The notes: generated by a model from the letters alone, not told the origin. A DNA stretch of 64,000 nt from Escherichia coli (GCF_044647545.1 NZ_CP172818.1), one strand, 5' to 3'; shown: positions 11,845 to 22,163, counted from the first letter of the stretch. Made by a program: numbers and translations.

Positions 11845-12506
11845 TGGTACGTTTTAATGATTTCCAGGATGCCGTTAATAATAAACTGCACCCCCATACA
11901 TACCAGCAGGAATCCCATCAGACGGGAGATCGCTTCAATGCCACCCTTGCCCACCAGCCGCATAATCGCGCCGGAGCTGCGTAGGCTTCCCCACAAAATA
12001 ACCGCCACCAGGAAAAAGATCAGCGGCGGCGCAACCATCAGTACCCAATCAGCAAAGGTTGAACTCTGACGCACTGTGGACGCCGAGCTAATAATCATCG
12101 CTATGGTTCCCGGACCGGCGGTACTTGGCATTGCCAGTGGTACAAAAGCAATATTGGCGCTGGGTTCATCTTCCAGCTCTTCCGACTTGCTTTTCGCTTC
12201 CGGTGAATCAATCGCTTTCTGTTGCGGAAAGAGCATCCGAAAACCGATAAACGCGACGATTAAGCCGCCTGCAATTCGCAGACCGGGAATCGAAATGCCA
12301 AATGTATCCATCACCAGTTGCCCGGCGTAATACGCCACCATCATGATGGCAAAGACGTACACCGAGGCCATCAACGACTGACGATTACGTTCGGCACTGT
12401 TCATGTTGCCTGCCAGGCCAAGAAATAACGCGACAGTTGTTAATGGGTTAGCTAACGGTAGTAACACCACCAGCCCCAGGCCAATTGCTTTAAATAAATC
12501 TAACAT
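11841..12506 (-). CDS. marC: MarC-family inner membrane protein, 221 aa
   Basis: 221-aa hydrophobic ORF divergent from marRAB. Confidence 0.9.
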   Translation of the reverse strand: MLDLFKAIGLGLVVLLPLANPLTTVALFLGLAGNMNSAERNRQSLMASVYVFAIMMVAYYAGQLVMDTFGISIPGLRIAGGLIVAFIGFRMLFPQQKAIDSPEAKSKSEELEDEPSANIAFVPLAMPSTAGPGTIAMIISSASTVRQSSTFADWVLMVAPPLIFFLVAVILWGSLRSSGAIMRLVGKGGIEAISRLMGFLLVCMGVQFIINGILEIIKTYH

Positions 12507-12599
12507 TGGTGGTTGTTATCCTGTGTATCTGGTTTATCAGCGAAAAGTATAAGGGGTAAACAACGATAAAGTGTCACTCTTTAGCTAACCTTGCATCGC

Positions 12600-12717
12600 A
12601 CTGACCAAAACTTGAACCGATTTAGCAAAACGTGGCATCGGTCAATTCATTCATTTGACTTATACTTGCCTGGGCAATATTATCCCCTGCAACTAATTAC
12701 TTGCCAGGGCAACTAAT
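12600..12717 (+). promoter_or_regulatory. marO: marRAB promoter/operator with marbox (12619-12643) and two palindromic MarR sites (about 12662-12678 and 12697-12715)
   Basis: gatttagcaaaacgtggcatcggtc marbox; TTGCC..GGCAA palindromes tacttgcctgggcaata and ttacttgccagggcaacta immediately upstream of the GTG start. Confidence 0.8.
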
Positions 12718-13152
12718 GTGAAAAGTACCAGCGATCTGTTCAATGAAATTATTCCATTGGGTCGCTTAATCCATATGGTTAATCAGAAGAAAGATCGCCT
12801 GCTTAACGAGTATCTGTCTCCGCTGGATATTACCGCGGCACAGTTTAAGGTGCTCTGCTCTATCCGCTGCGCGGAGTGTATTACTCCGGTTGAACTGAAA
12901 AAGGTATTGTCGGTCGACCTGGGGGCGCTGACCCGTATGCTGGATCGCCTGGTCTGTAAAGGCTGGGTGGAAAGGTTGCCGAACCCGAATGACAAGCGCG
13001 GCGTACTGGTAAAACTTACCACCAGCGGCGCGGCAATATGTGAACAATGCCATCAATTAGTTGGCCAGGACCTGCATCAAGAATTAACAAAAAACCTGAC
13101 GGCGGACGAAGTGGCAACACTTGAGCATTTGCTTAAGAAAGTCCTGCCGTAA
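12718..13152 (+). CDS. marR: multiple antibiotic resistance repressor MarR, 144 aa, GTG start; carries E53, S103, H137
   Basis: Recognised sequence; codons 12874-12876 gag, 13024-13026 agc, 13126-13128 cat. Confidence 0.95.
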
Positions 13153-13172
13153 ACAAAAAAAGAGGTATGACG

Positions 13173-13556
13173 ATGTCCAGACGCAATACTGACGCTATTA
13201 CCATTCATAGCATTTTGGACTGGATCGAGGACAACCTGGAATCGCCACTGTCACTGGAGAAAGTGTCAGAGCGTTCGGGTTACTCCAAATGGCACCTGCA
13301 ACGGATGTTTAAAAAAGAAACCGGTCATTCATTAGGCCAATACATCCGCAGCCGTAAGATGACGGAAATCGCGCAAAAGCTGAAGGAAAGTAACGAGCCG
13401 ATACTCTATCTGGCAGAACGATATGGCTTCGAGTCGCAACAAACTCTGACCCGAACCTTCAAAAATTACTTTGATGTTCCGCCGCATAAATACCGGATGA
13501 CCAATATGCAGGGCGAATCGCGCTTTTTACATCCATTAAATCATTACAACAGCTAG
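13173..13556 (+). CDS. marA: AraC-family activator MarA, 127 aa
   Basis: [31 protein letters not shown]...; second ATG of the ORF chosen. Confidence 0.95.
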
Positions 13557-13587
13557 TTGAAAACGTGACAACGTCACTGAGGCAATC

Positions 13588-13806
13588 ATGAAACCACTTT
13601 TATCCGCAATAGCAGCTGCGCTTATTCTCTTTTCCGCGCAGGGCGTTGCGGAACAAACCACGCAGCAGTTTGTTACTTCCTGTGCCAATGTCGTGGTTGT
13701 TCCCCCATCGCAGGAACAACCACCGTTTGATTTAAATCACATGGGTACTGGCAGTGATAAGTCGGATGCGCTCGGCGTGCCCTATTATAATCAACACGCT
13801 ATGTAG
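13588..13806 (+). CDS. marB: MarB, periplasmic small protein, 72 aa
   Basis: 72-aa ORF with signal peptide after marA. Confidence 0.9.
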   Translation: MKPLLSAIAAALILFSAQGVAEQTTQQFVTSCANVVVVPPSQEQPPFDLNHMGTGSDKSDALGVPYYNQHAM

Positions 13807-13836
13807 TTTGTTCTGGCCCCGACATATCGGGGCTTA

Positions 13837-14736
13837 TTAACTTCCCACTTTTACCGCTTTACGCCACCGCAAGCCAAATACATTGATATACAGCCCGGTC
13901 ATAATGAGCACCGCACCGAAAAATTGCAGGCCCGTTAAGCGTTCATCCAGCAATAGTGCCGCACTTGCCAGTCCAACTACAGGCACCAGTAACGATAACG
14001 GTGCAACCCGCCAGGTTTCATAGCGTCCCAGTAACGTCCCCCAGATCCCATAACCAACAATTGTCGCCACAAACGCCAGATACATCAGAGACAAGATGGT
14101 GGTCATATCGATAGTAACCAGACTGTGAATCATGGTTGCGGAACCATCGAGAATCAGCGAGGCAACAAAGAAGGGAATGATTGGGATTAATGCGCTCCAG
14201 ATTACCAGCGACATCACCGCCGGACGCGTTGCGTGCGACATGATCTTTTTATTGAAGATGTTGCCACACGCCCAACTAAATGCTGCCGCCAGGGTCAACA
14301 TAAAGCCGAGCATCGCCACATGCTGACCGTTCAGACTATCTTCGATTAACACCAGTACGCCAAAAATCGCTAAGGCGATCCCCGCCAATTGTTTGCCATG
14401 CAGTCGCTCCCCGAAAGTAAACGCGCCAAGCACGATAGTAAAAAACGCCTGTGCCTGTAACACCAGCGAAGCCAGTCCAGCAGGCATACCAAAGTTAATG
14501 GCGCAGAACAGAAAGGCAAACTGCGCAAAACTGATGGTTAATCCATACCCCAGCAGCAAATTCAGTGGTACTTTCGGTCGTGCGACAAAAAAGATAGCCG
14601 GAAAAGCAACCAGCATAAAGCGCAAACCGGCCAACATCAGCGGTGGCATGTTATGAAGCCCCACTTTGATGACCACAAAATTTAGCCCCCATACGACCAC
14701 TACCAGTAGCGCCAACACCCCATCTTTTCGCGACAT
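13837..14736 (-). CDS. eamA: cysteine/O-acetylserine exporter EamA (YdeD), 299 aa
   Basis: ORF with internal Met MSRKDGVLALLVVVVWG...; drug/metabolite-transporter family features. Confidence 0.9.
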   Translation of the reverse strand: MSRKDGVLALLVVVVWGLNFVVIKVGLHNMPPLMLAGLRFMLVAFPAIFFVARPKVPLNLLLGYGLTISFAQFAFLFCAINFGMPAGLASLVLQAQAFFTIVLGAFTFGERLHGKQLAGIALAIFGVLVLIEDSLNGQHVAMLGFMLTLAAAFSWACGNIFNKKIMSHATRPAVMSLVIWSALIPIIPFFVASLILDGSATMIHSLVTIDMTTILSLMYLAFVATIVGYGIWGTLLGRYETWRVAPLSLLVPVVGLASAALLLDERLTGLQFFGAVLIMTGLYINVFGLRWRKAVKVGS

Positions 14737-14930
14737 TCTACCGCCTCTGAATTTCATCTTTTGTAAGCAATCAACTTAGCTGAATTTACTTTTCTTTAAC
14801 AGTTGATTCGTTAGTCGCCGATTACGACGGCATTAATGCGCAAATAAGTCGCTATACTTCGGATTTTTGCCATGCTATTCCTTTACATCTCTAAAACAAA
14901 ACATAACGAAACGCACTGCCGGACAGACAA

Positions 14931-16118
14931 ATGAACTTATCCCTACGACGCTCTACCAGCGCCCTTCTTGCCTCGTCGTTGTTATTAACCATCGGACGCG
15001 GCGCTACGCTGCCGTTTATGACCATTTACTTGAGTCGCCAGTACAGCCTGAGTGTCGATCTAATCGGTTATGCGATGACAATTGCGCTCACTATTGGCGT
15101 CGTTTTTAGCCTCGGTTTTGGTATCCTGGCGGATAAGTTCGACAAGAAACGCTATATGTTACTGGCAATTACCGCCTTCGCCAGCGGTTTTATTGCCATT
15201 CCTTTAGTGAATAACGTGACGCTGGTGGTGCTCTTTTTTGCCCTTATTAACTGCGCCTATTCCGTTTTTGCTACCGTGTTGAAAGCCTGGTTTGCCGACA
15301 ATCTTTCCTCCACCAGCAAAACGAAAATCTTCTCAATCAACTACACCATGCTCAACATTGGCTGGACCATCGGTCCGCCGCTCGGCACGCTGTTGGTGAT
15401 GCAGAGCATCAATCTGCCCTTTTGGCTGGCAGCTATCTGTTCCGCGTTTCCCATGCTTTTCATTCAAATTTGGGTAAAGCGCAGCGAGAAAATCATCGCC
15501 ACGGAAACAGGCAGTGCCTGGTCGCCGAAAGTTTTATTACAAGATAAAGCACTGTTGTGGTTTACCTGCTCTGGTTTTCTGGCTTCCTTTGTTAGTGGCG
15601 CATTTGCTTCATGCATTTCACAATATGTGATGGTGATTGCTGATGGGGATTTTGCCGAAAAGGTGGTCGCGGTTGTTCTTCCGGTGAATGCCGCCATGGT
15701 AGTTACGTTGCAATATTCCGTGGGCCGCCGACTTAACCCGGCTAACATCCGCGCGCTGATGACAGCAGGCACCCTCTGTTTCGTCATCGGTCTGGTTGGT
15801 TTTATTTTTTCCGGCAACAGCCTGCTAATGTGGGGTATGTCAGCTGCGGTATTTACTGTCGGTGAAATCATTTATGCGCCGGGCGAGTATATGTTGATTG
15901 ACCATATTGCGCCGCCAGGAATGAAAGCCAGCTATTTTTCCGCCCAGTCTTTAGGCTGGCTTGGTGCTGCGATTAACCCATTAGTGAGTGGCATAGTACT
16001 TACCAGTCTGCCGCCTTTCTCGCTGTTTATCATCTTAGCGTTGGTGATCGTTGCTGCGTGGGTGCTGATGTTAAAAGGAATTCGTGCAAGACCGTGGGGG
16101 CAGCCCGCGCTTTGTTGA
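14931..16118 (+). CDS. ydeE: MFS transporter YdeE, 395 aa
   Basis: 395-aa ORF, multiple TM segments. Confidence 0.9.
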   Translation: MNLSLRRSTSALLASSLLLTIGRGATLPFMTIYLSRQYSLSVDLIGYAMTIALTIGVVFSLGFGILADKFDKKRYMLLAITAFASGFIAIPLVNNVTLVVLFFALINCAYSVFATVLKAWFADNLSSTSKTKIFSINYTMLNIGWTIGPPLGTLLVMQSINLPFWLAAICSAFPMLFIQIWVKRSEKIIATETGSAWSPKVLLQDKALLWFTCSGFLASFVSGAFASCISQYVMVIADGDFAEKVVAVVLPVNAAMVVTLQYSVGRRLNPANIRALMTAGTLCFVIGLVGFIFSGNSLLMWGMSAAVFTVGEIIYAPGEYMLIDHIAPPGMKASYFSAQSLGWLGAAINPLVSGIVLTSLPPFSLFIILALVIVAAWVLMLKGIRARPWGQPALC

Positions 16119-16245
16119 TTTAAGTCGAACACAATAAAAATTTAATTCAGCCTTCGTTTAGGTTACCTCTGCTAATATCTTTCTCATTGAGATGAAAATT
16201 AAGGTAAGCGAGGAAACACACCACACCATAAACGGAGGCAAATAA

Positions 16246-16341
16246 TGCTGGGTAATATGAATGTTTTTATGGCCGTACTGGGAATAATTTTATTTTCTGG
16301 GTTTCTGGCCGCGTATTTCAGCCACAAATGGGATGACTAAT
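16246..16341 (+). CDS. mgtS: small membrane protein MgtS (YneM), 31 aa
   Basis: atgctgggtaatatgaatgtt... encodes MLGNMNVFMAVLGIILFSGFLAAYFSHKWDD; terminator hairpin follows. Confidence 0.8.
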
Positions 16342-16367
16342 GAACGGAGATAATCCCTCACCTAACC

Positions 16368-16407
16368 GGCCCCTTGTTACAGTTGTGTACAAGGGGCCTG
16401 ATTTTTA
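16368..16407 (+). terminator. rho-independent terminator of mgtS
   Basis: ggccccttgt...acaaggggcc stem followed by tgattttta. Confidence 0.6.
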
Positions 16408-16415
16408 TGACGGCG

Positions 16416-16513
16416 AAAAAAAACCGCCAGTAAACCGGCGGTGAATGCTTGCATGGATAGATTTGTGTTTTGCTTTTACGCTAACAGGCATTTTCCTGCA
16501 CTGATAACGGATC
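16416..16513 (-). ncRNA. mgrR: MgrR sRNA (PhoP-dependent, Hfq-binding); coordinates approximate
   Basis: Minus-strand PhoP box, candidate -10 TACTGT about 22 bp downstream, and a terminator (ccgccggtttactggcgg + T8) about 98 nt from the predicted start. Confidence 0.6.
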
Positions 16514-16546
16514 GTTGACACAGTAGCATCAGTTTTCTCAATGAAT

Positions 16547-16564
16547 GTTAAACGGAGCTTAAAC
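16547..16564 (-). promoter_or_regulatory. PhoP box (GTTTAA-N5-GTTTAA direct repeat) upstream of mgrR
   Basis: Minus strand reads gtttaagctccgtttaac. Confidence 0.6.
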
Positions 16565-17449
16565 TCGGTGAATCACGTTTTGTTCGTCAATAAACATACA
16601 GCGATTTCTTCCGGTTTGCTTACCCTCATACATTGCCCGGTCCGCTCTTCCAATGACCACATCCAGAGGCTCTTCAGGAAATGCGCGACTCACACCTGCT
16701 GTCACGGTAATGTTGATATGCCCTTCAGAATGTGTGATGGCATGGTTATCGACTAACTGGCAAATTCTGATACCTGCACGACATGCTTCTTCATCATTAT
16801 CCGCTTTGACAATAATGATAAATTCTTCGCCCCCGTAGCGATAAACCGTTTCGTAATCACGCGTCCAACTGGCTAAGTAAGTTGCCAGGGTGCGTAATAC
16901 TACATCGCCGATTAAATGCCCGTAGGTATCATTAACCAATTTAAATCGGTCAATATCCAACAACATTAAATAAAGATTCAGAGGCTCAGCGTTGCGTAAC
17001 TGATGATCAAAGGATTCATCAAGAACCCGACGACCCGGCAATCCCGTCAAAACATCCATATTGCTACGGATCGTCAGCAAATAAATTTTGTAATCGGTTA
17101 ATGCCGCAGTAAAAGAAAGCAACCCTTCCTGAAAGGCGTCGAAATGCGCGTCCTGCCAGTGATTTTCAACAATAGCCAACATTAATTCCCGACCACAGTT
17201 ATGCATATGTTGATGGGCAGAATCCATTAGCCGAACGTAAGGTAATTCATCGTTATCGAGTGGCCCCAGATGATCAATCCACCGACCAAACTGGCACAGT
17301 CCATAAGAATGGTTATCCGTTATTTCTGGCTTACTGGCATCTCTCGCGACCACGCTGTGAAACATACTTACCAGCCACTGGTAGTGGGCATCGATAGCCT
17401 TATTGAGATTTAACAAGATGGCATCAATTTCCGTTGTCTTCTTGATCAT
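16559..17449 (-). CDS. dgcZ: zinc-regulated diguanylate cyclase DgcZ (YdeH), 296 aa
   Basis: GGEEF motif (YRYGGEEFIIIV); internal Met MIKKTTEIDAILL... Confidence 0.9.
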   Translation of the reverse strand: MIKKTTEIDAILLNLNKAIDAHYQWLVSMFHSVVARDASKPEITDNHSYGLCQFGRWIDHLGPLDNDELPYVRLMDSAHQHMHNCGRELMLAIVENHWQDAHFDAFQEGLLSFTAALTDYKIYLLTIRSNMDVLTGLPGRRVLDESFDHQLRNAEPLNLYLMLLDIDRFKLVNDTYGHLIGDVVLRTLATYLASWTRDYETVYRYGGEEFIIIVKADNDEEACRAGIRICQLVDNHAITHSEGHINITVTAGVSRAFPEEPLDVVIGRADRAMYEGKQTGRNRCMFIDEQNVIHRV

Positions 17450-17703
17450 TGCCACTCCTTTTTCACAGTTCCTTGTGCGCGCTATTCTAACGAGAGAAAA
17501 GCAAAATTACGTCAATATTTTCATAGAAATCCGAAGTTATGAGCCATCTCTGAGATAACATTGTGATTTAAAACAAAATCAGTAGATAAAAAAGTGTTTA
17601 ATTCTGTAAATTAACTCTGCATTATCGCAATTAAAAGGATGACAAATAGCATAACCCAATACCCTAATGGCCCAGTAGTTCAGGCCATCAGGCTAATTTA
17701 TTT

Positions 17704-18096
17704 TTATTTCTGCAACTGAGTGACCCGAACGACGGCCGGCGCGCTTTTCTTATCCAGACTGCCGCTAATGTTGATCATCTGGTCCGGCTGAACTTCTCGT
17801 CCATCAAAGACGGCCGCAGGAATAACAACATTAATTTCACCGCTCTTATCGCGAAAAACGTAACGGTCCTCTCCTTTGTGAGAAATCAAATTACCGCGTA
17901 GTGAAACCGAAGCGCCATCGTGCATGGTTTTTGCGAAATCAACGGTCATTTTTTTTGCATCGTCGGTTCCGCGATAGCCATCTTCTATTGCATGAGGCGG
18001 CGGTGGCGCTGCATCCTGTTTTAAACCGCCCGGGTCATCTGCCAACGCATAAGGCATGACAAGAAAACTTGCTAATACAATGGCCTGAAATTTCAT
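17704..18096 (-). CDS. ydeI: OB-fold (BOF/YgiW family) periplasmic protein YdeI, 130 aa
   Basis: 130-aa ORF with signal peptide [19 protein letters not shown]. Confidence 0.85.
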   Translation of the reverse strand: MKFQAIVLASFLVMPYALADDPGGLKQDAAPPPPHAIEDGYRGTDDAKKMTVDFAKTMHDGASVSLRGNLISHKGEDRYVFRDKSGEINVVIPAAVFDGREVQPDQMINISGSLDKKSAPAVVRVTQLQK

Positions 18097-18298
18097 ACTG
18101 ACTCCTTAATTGCGTTTGGTTTGACTTATTAAGTCTGGTTGCTATTTTTATAATTGACAATTAAGATTACTTCCAATTGTTATAAGGCATTTAAAATCAG
18201 GTAACTAGCTGTCAAATATTCAGAGAATTTAACTCACTAAGGTTAAGAAGAAGATTAAAGAGTCTTAAACATATTTCAGAATAATCAGATTTATAAAT

Positions 18299-18414
18299 TT
18301 GAAAATTATTATAACGGAAGGGTATACAAAAAAAGATTTTGCTGGCGACTGCGAAACGGCATTCGCATTAGCGGTGAAGTTTGCCCTCGCCCAGCTGCTG
18401 CAATTACTGCTATA
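18299..18414 (+). pseudogene. ydeJ: short remnant resembling the C-terminus of CinA-like YdeJ; most of the gene appears absent
   Basis: Frame ending ...DFAGDCETAFALAVKFALAQLLQLLL* 46 bp before the convergent dcp stop; only about 360 bp separate ydeI from dcp, no ATG and no upstream CinA-domain coding sequence. Confidence 0.4.
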
Positions 18415-18459
18415 ACGAGGCTGGTCTGGCGATAAATCCAGGCCAGCCATTGGTGGTGT

Positions 18460-20505
18460 TTATACGTTCAAGCCACGATGTTGCAGCATCGGCATAATCT
18501 GAGGTGCCTTACCGCGCCATTGTCGATACAGGCGTTCCAGATCCTCGCTGTTACCTCTGGAAAGGATCGCCTCGCGAAAACGCAGCCCATTTTCACGCGT
18601 TAATCCGCCCTGCTCAACAAACCACTGATAACCATCATCGGCCAACATTTGCGTCCACAGATAAGCGTAATAACCCGCGGCATATCCGCCACCAAAAATA
18701 TGGGCGAAATAACTGCTGCGATAGCGTGGCGGTATAGCGGGAAGATCCATATTTTCCGCCACCAGCGCCCGCAATTCGAAATCATCGACATCCTGCATTG
18801 CTTCGTTTTCTTCCAGGCAATGCCAGCGCATATCGAGAAGTGCGGCGCTAAGCAGTTCGCTCATCTCATACCCTTTATTGAACAGGCTGGCATTACGCAT
18901 TTTCTGTTGCAGTTCGTCAGGCATTGCTGCCCCGCTCTGATAATGCCGGGCGTAGCGAGCGAATACCTGCGGATGCGTTGCCCAGTGTTCGTTGATTTGC
19001 GACGGAAATTCGACAAAATCACGCGGCGTGTTGGTGCCGGAAAGCGTAGCATAACGCTGGCAGGCAAACAGGCCGTGCAGCGTATGACCAAATTCATGGA
19101 ATAAGGTTATTACATCATCCCAGAGTAACAACGCAGGCTCCCCAGCAGCGGGTTTCTGATAATTGCAGACGTTATAAATTACCGGATGCGTTTCATTAAG
19201 CGTTGATTGCTCAACAAAATTGCCCATCCATGCACCGCCGCTTTTTGAATCACGGGCGAAGAAATCACCGTAAAATAACGCCAGCCCCACGCCATTATGA
19301 TCAAAAATTTCCCACACCCGAACGTCAGGATGGTAGACAGGAATATCAAAACGTTCGACAAACTTAATACCGAAGAGCTGATTCGCAGTCCAGAATACAC
19401 CTTCATTCAACACCGTGTTTAATTCAAAATATGGCTTGAGCTGCGATTCATCGAGATCGAATTTCTCACGTCTTACCTGCTCGGCATAAAATGCCCAGTC
19501 CCACGGCTGCGCGCTAAACCCGCCCTGCTGCTTATCGATAACCGCCTGTATGGAGGCTAATTCATCGCTCGCACGTTGACGCGCCGCTGGAACAATTTCC
19601 CGCATAAAGTTGAGCGCTGCTTCTGGCGTTTTTGCCATCTGATCGGCGATTTTCCATGCGGCATAATGAGGAAAACCAAGCAGTTTCGCCTGCTGCGCGC
19701 GGATCTCCACCAGACGTTGAATGATAGCGCGGGTATCATTGGCATCATTTTTTTCCGCTCGCATCCAGCCCGCAGTAAACAGTTTTTCACGCGTCGCGCG
19801 ATCGCACAGTTCAGCAAGCGCTGGTTGTTGGGTGGTATTCAGCAGCGGAATCAGCCATTTGTTATACAGACCTTTCTCGCGAGCCGCCTCTGCCGCCAGC
19901 GCAATCTCTTGCTCACTCATTCCTGCCAGCTGCGCGATATCGTTCACAACCAGACCGCCGGATTTATTTGCTGCCAGTAACCGCTGGTTAAACTGGCTGG
20001 TCAGGGTCGCAGCTTCTGTATTCAGTACTTTTAATTTTGCTTTATCAGCTTGCTTAAGTTTGGCTCCGGCAAGGACAAAACGTTGATGAATCACCTCCAC
20101 CAGGCGGATGGATTCACTATCAAGCCCCAGGGATTCACGGCGCTGCCAGACAGCATCTACCCGCGCGAATAATTCCCCGTTCAGATAGATATCATTCGCA
20201 AGTTCCGCCAGTTCAGCGGAAAACTGTTCATCAAGACGCTGTAATTCATCATTGGTATGCGCCGCAGTCATCGCAAAAAAGACGCTGGTAACGCGGGTAA
20301 GTAATTCTCCGCTTTGTTCCAGTGCCAGAATAGTATTGTTGAAATCAGGTGTTTGCGGGTTAAGCGCGATGGCAGCAATTTCTGCCCGCTTTTGCTGCAT
20401 TCCCTCATCGAATGCCGGGCGATAGTGATGATTGGCAATTTGATCAAAATGGGGAGCCAGATACGGCAGTGTGCTTTGCACAAGGAAAGGATTCATTGTT
20501 GTCAT
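18460..20505 (-). CDS. dcp: peptidyl-dipeptidase Dcp, 681 aa
   Basis: M3 zinc-metallopeptidase motif HEFGH; start taken at MTTMNPFLVQ... Confidence 0.95.
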   Translation of the reverse strand: MTTMNPFLVQSTLPYLAPHFDQIANHHYRPAFDEGMQQKRAEIAAIALNPQTPDFNNTILALEQSGELLTRVTSVFFAMTAAHTNDELQRLDEQFSAELAELANDIYLNGELFARVDAVWQRRESLGLDSESIRLVEVIHQRFVLAGAKLKQADKAKLKVLNTEAATLTSQFNQRLLAANKSGGLVVNDIAQLAGMSEQEIALAAEAAREKGLYNKWLIPLLNTTQQPALAELCDRATREKLFTAGWMRAEKNDANDTRAIIQRLVEIRAQQAKLLGFPHYAAWKIADQMAKTPEAALNFMREIVPAARQRASDELASIQAVIDKQQGGFSAQPWDWAFYAEQVRREKFDLDESQLKPYFELNTVLNEGVFWTANQLFGIKFVERFDIPVYHPDVRVWEIFDHNGVGLALFYGDFFARDSKSGGAWMGNFVEQSTLNETHPVIYNVCNYQKPAAGEPALLLWDDVITLFHEFGHTLHGLFACQRYATLSGTNTPRDFVEFPSQINEHWATHPQVFARYARHYQSGAAMPDELQQKMRNASLFNKGYEMSELLSAALLDMRWHCLEENEAMQDVDDFELRALVAENMDLPAIPPRYRSSYFAHIFGGGYAAGYYAYLWTQMLADDGYQWFVEQGGLTRENGLRFREAILSRGNSEDLERLYRQWRGKAPQIMPMLQHRGLNV

Positions 20506-20641
20506 TTTCTTCTCCTGAACGCGAGGTGTTCCATAGCGTAGGCTTACTGATAACGGAGTGCAATCTTGCAAACCAGTATTACCCGCTCTTAAGCATCACG
20601 TGCTATGTTATTGACACACAAAAGCGTTGAGGAACAGTGAG

Positions 20642-21388
20642 ATGATCGTTTTAGTAACTGGAGCAACGGCAGGTTTTGGTGAATGCATTACTCGTCGTTT
20701 TATTCAACAAGGGCATAAAGTTATCGCCACTGGCCGTCGCCAGGAGCGGTTGCAGGAGTTAAAAGACGAACTGGGAGATAATCTGTATATCGCCCAACTG
20801 GACGTTCGCAACCGCGCCGCTATTGAAGAGATGCTGGCATCGCTTCCTGCCGAGTGGTGCAATATTGATATCCTGGTAAATAATGCCGGTCTGGCGTTGG
20901 GCATGGAGCCTGCGCATAAAGCCAGCGTTGAAGACTGGGAAACGATGATTGATACCAACAACAAAGGCCTGGTATATATGACGCGCGCCGTCTTACCGGG
21001 TATGGTTGAACGTAATCATGGTCATATTATTAACATTGGCTCAACGGCAGGCAGCTGGCCGTATGCCGGTGGTAACGTTTACGGTGCGACGAAAGCGTTT
21101 GTTCGTCAGTTTAGCCTGAATCTGCGTACGGACCTGCATGGTACGGCGGTGCGCGTCACCGACATCGAACCGGGTCTGGTGGGTGGCACCGAGTTTTCCA
21201 ATGTCCGCTTTAAAGGCGATGACGGTAAAGCGGAAAAAACCTATCAAAATACCGTTGCATTGACGCCAGAAGATGTCAGCGAAGCCGTCTGGTGGGTGTC
21301 AACGCTGCCTGCTCACGTCAATATCAATACCCTGGAAATGATGCCGGTTACCCAAAGCTATGCCGGACTGAATGTCCACCGTCAGTAA
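20642..21388 (+). CDS. ydfG: NADP-dependent short-chain dehydrogenase YdfG, 248 aa
   Basis: SDR glycine motif TGATAGFG, catalytic YxxxK region. Confidence 0.9.
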   Translation: MIVLVTGATAGFGECITRRFIQQGHKVIATGRRQERLQELKDELGDNLYIAQLDVRNRAAIEEMLASLPAEWCNIDILVNNAGLALGMEPAHKASVEDWETMIDTNNKGLVYMTRAVLPGMVERNHGHIINIGSTAGSWPYAGGNVYGATKAFVRQFSLNLRTDLHGTAVRVTDIEPGLVGGTEFSNVRFKGDDGKAEKTYQNTVALTPEDVSEAVWWVSTLPAHVNINTLEMMPVTQSYAGLNVHRQ

Positions 21389-21476
21389 TTTTTATACCCG
21401 GCGTAACTGCCGGGTTATTGCTTGTCACAAAAAAGTGGTAGACTCATGCAGTTAACTCACTCACAAGCAAGAACGA

Positions 21477-22163
21477 ATGACCGTCGAAACGCAACTTAAT
21501 CCCACACAGCCTGTCAATCAGCAGATTTATCGTATTCTTCGTCGCGACATTGTCCATTGCCTGATTGCTCCAGGCACACCGTTGTCGGAAAAAGAAGTTT
21601 CTGTTCGTTTCAATGTGTCACGCCAGCCGGTTCGTGAAGCCTTTATTAAACTGGCGGAAAACGGCCTGATTCAAATTCGTCCGCAGCGTGGCAGCTACGT
21701 CAACAAAATTTCCATGGCCCAGGTGCGCAACGGCAGTTTTATCCGTCAGGCCATTGAGTGCGCGGTGGCGCGTCGGGCGGCGAGCATGATTACCGAAAGC
21801 CAGTGCTACCAACTGGAACAAAATCTTCACCAGCAACGCATTGCCATTGAGCGCAAGCAACTGGATGATTTTTTTGAACTTGATGACAACTTCCATCAAC
21901 TCCTGACCCAGATTGCCGACTGTCAACTGGCGTGGGAAACCATTGAGAACCTGAAAGCGACCGTTGATCGCGTGCGCTATATGAGTTTCGACCACGTTTC
22001 TCCACCAGAAATGCTGTTACGCCAGCATCTTGAGATTTTCTCTGCCCTGCAAAAACGTGATGGCGATGCGGTAGAACGTGCAATGACGCAACATTTGCAG
22101 GAAATCAGCGAATCTGTGCGCCAGATCCGCCAGGAAAACAGCGACTGGTTTAGCGAAGAGTAA
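21477..22163 (+). CDS. ydfH: GntR/FadR-family regulator YdfH (RspR), 228 aa
   Basis: N-terminal GntR HTH plus FCD domain. Confidence 0.85.
   Translation: MTVETQLNPTQPVNQQIYRILRRDIVHCLIAPGTPLSEKEVSVRFNVSRQPVREAFIKLAENGLIQIRPQRGSYVNKISMAQVRNGSFIRQAIECAVARRAASMITESQCYQLEQNLHQQRIAIERKQLDDFFELDDNFHQLLTQIADCQLAWETIENLKATVDRVRYMSFDHVSPPEMLLRQHLEIFSALQKRDGDAVERAMTQHLQEISESVRQIRQENSDWFSEE

Noticed and set aside
13815-13838. Hairpin ggccccgacatatcggggc after marB as a terminator
   Set aside because: It overlaps the 3' end of the convergent eamA coding sequence and lacks a clear U-tract, so I did not list it as a feature.
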